Position numbers and translations under genes: made by a program. A stretch of DNA of 64,000 nucleotides, taken from Armatimonadota bacterium. Lineage in GTDB: Bacteria; Armatimonadota; Fimbriimonadia; Fimbriimonadales; GBS-DC. The notes below the pieces were generated by a model. It worked only from the letters and a program-made list of their open reading frames with translations. It was not told where the DNA came from and did no database searches. Positions within the stretch are counted from its first letter, which is position 1. Every line of letters starts with the position of its first letter. This document shows positions 63,590 to 64,000 of this stretch, piece by piece. Location: NCBI GenBank assembly GCA_037445735.1, contig JBBIJY010000001.1:32001-96000 (forward strand), in the 5' to 3' direction.

Positions 63590-63959
63590 CCGATACCGAC
63601 ATTCTTGTTGATGCCCTGCGAGGCTTTGCAGATGGAATCGCATTTCTGGCTAACCAACACGCGACTTCAGGCGTCCGAATCAGCATCGTCTCGGCGATGG
63701 AACTGGTTGCGGGCTGCCGCAACGCTACAGAACTCGCTCTGCTACAACAGTTTCTTCAGCACATCATCCTTTTGCCAGTCAGCACTTCCATTTCGCAAAG
63801 AGCCTACCAGTTGATGGAATCGTATTTTCTCAGTCATGGCTTACTTATCCCTGACGCCCTGATAGCAGCCACCGCGATGGAGCATGATTTGGTACTGTAT
63901 ACTAAAATACTCGCCACTTCCAGATGATACCTGAACTGCAGCTACTCCGCCCCTACTAA
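63559..63959 (+). pseudogene. VapC-type PIN toxin (cassette 2) with an apparent 1-nt deletion near the 3' end
   Basis: DTDILVD, SAMEL, IPDALIAATA. Adding one A at 63904-63907 restores the canonical LYTKNTRHFQMIPELQLLRPY* end. Confidence 0.75.
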
Positions 63960-64000
63960 CCGATTTTGTGAAGCTCCTCACTCCGCCATGACAGGAACCT

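Noticed and set aside
62504-63999. Integron cassette array
   Set aside because: No integrase in the window and the shared blocks lack recognisable attC RYYYAAC/GTTRRRY structure.

Overview
GC-rich (roughly 60-65% by eye) bacterial chromosomal segment. It is most likely from a thermophilic Armatimonadota (Fimbriimonadales-like) genome; this is inferred from the many prepilin/DUF1559 genes, dockerin-like-tagged secreted proteins and an SLH-porin. Most of it is housekeeping or metabolic: hmgA, fucI, tRNA-Ala(GGC), greA, nfi, rplY, rpoN, hppA, a DinG helicase, aroF, cysS, mnmE, nth, ruvX and tdh. Accessory highlights: (1) an intact, host-ameliorated three-gene Mu-like head module (protease/scaffold, decoration protein, gpT major capsid; 7026-9196) with no portal, terminase, connector, tail, integrase or transposase next to it, a candidate domesticated capsid (dispersed GTA part or nanocompartment); (2) an array of pilin-like DUF1559 genes alternating with small Pro-rich membrane proteins; (3) four different secreted proteins sharing one C-terminal dockerin-like tag; (4) an SfiI-family type II R-M pair; (5) a 2,904-bp tandem duplication; (6) two PIN toxin-antitoxin cassettes with near-identical frames but different interiors; (7) window-wide signatures: apparent absence of ACGT, strong GGCC depletion, recurrent sigmaH-like promoters and many leaderless genes. 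All family assignments come from motif recognition and recalled sequences; no database search was run.
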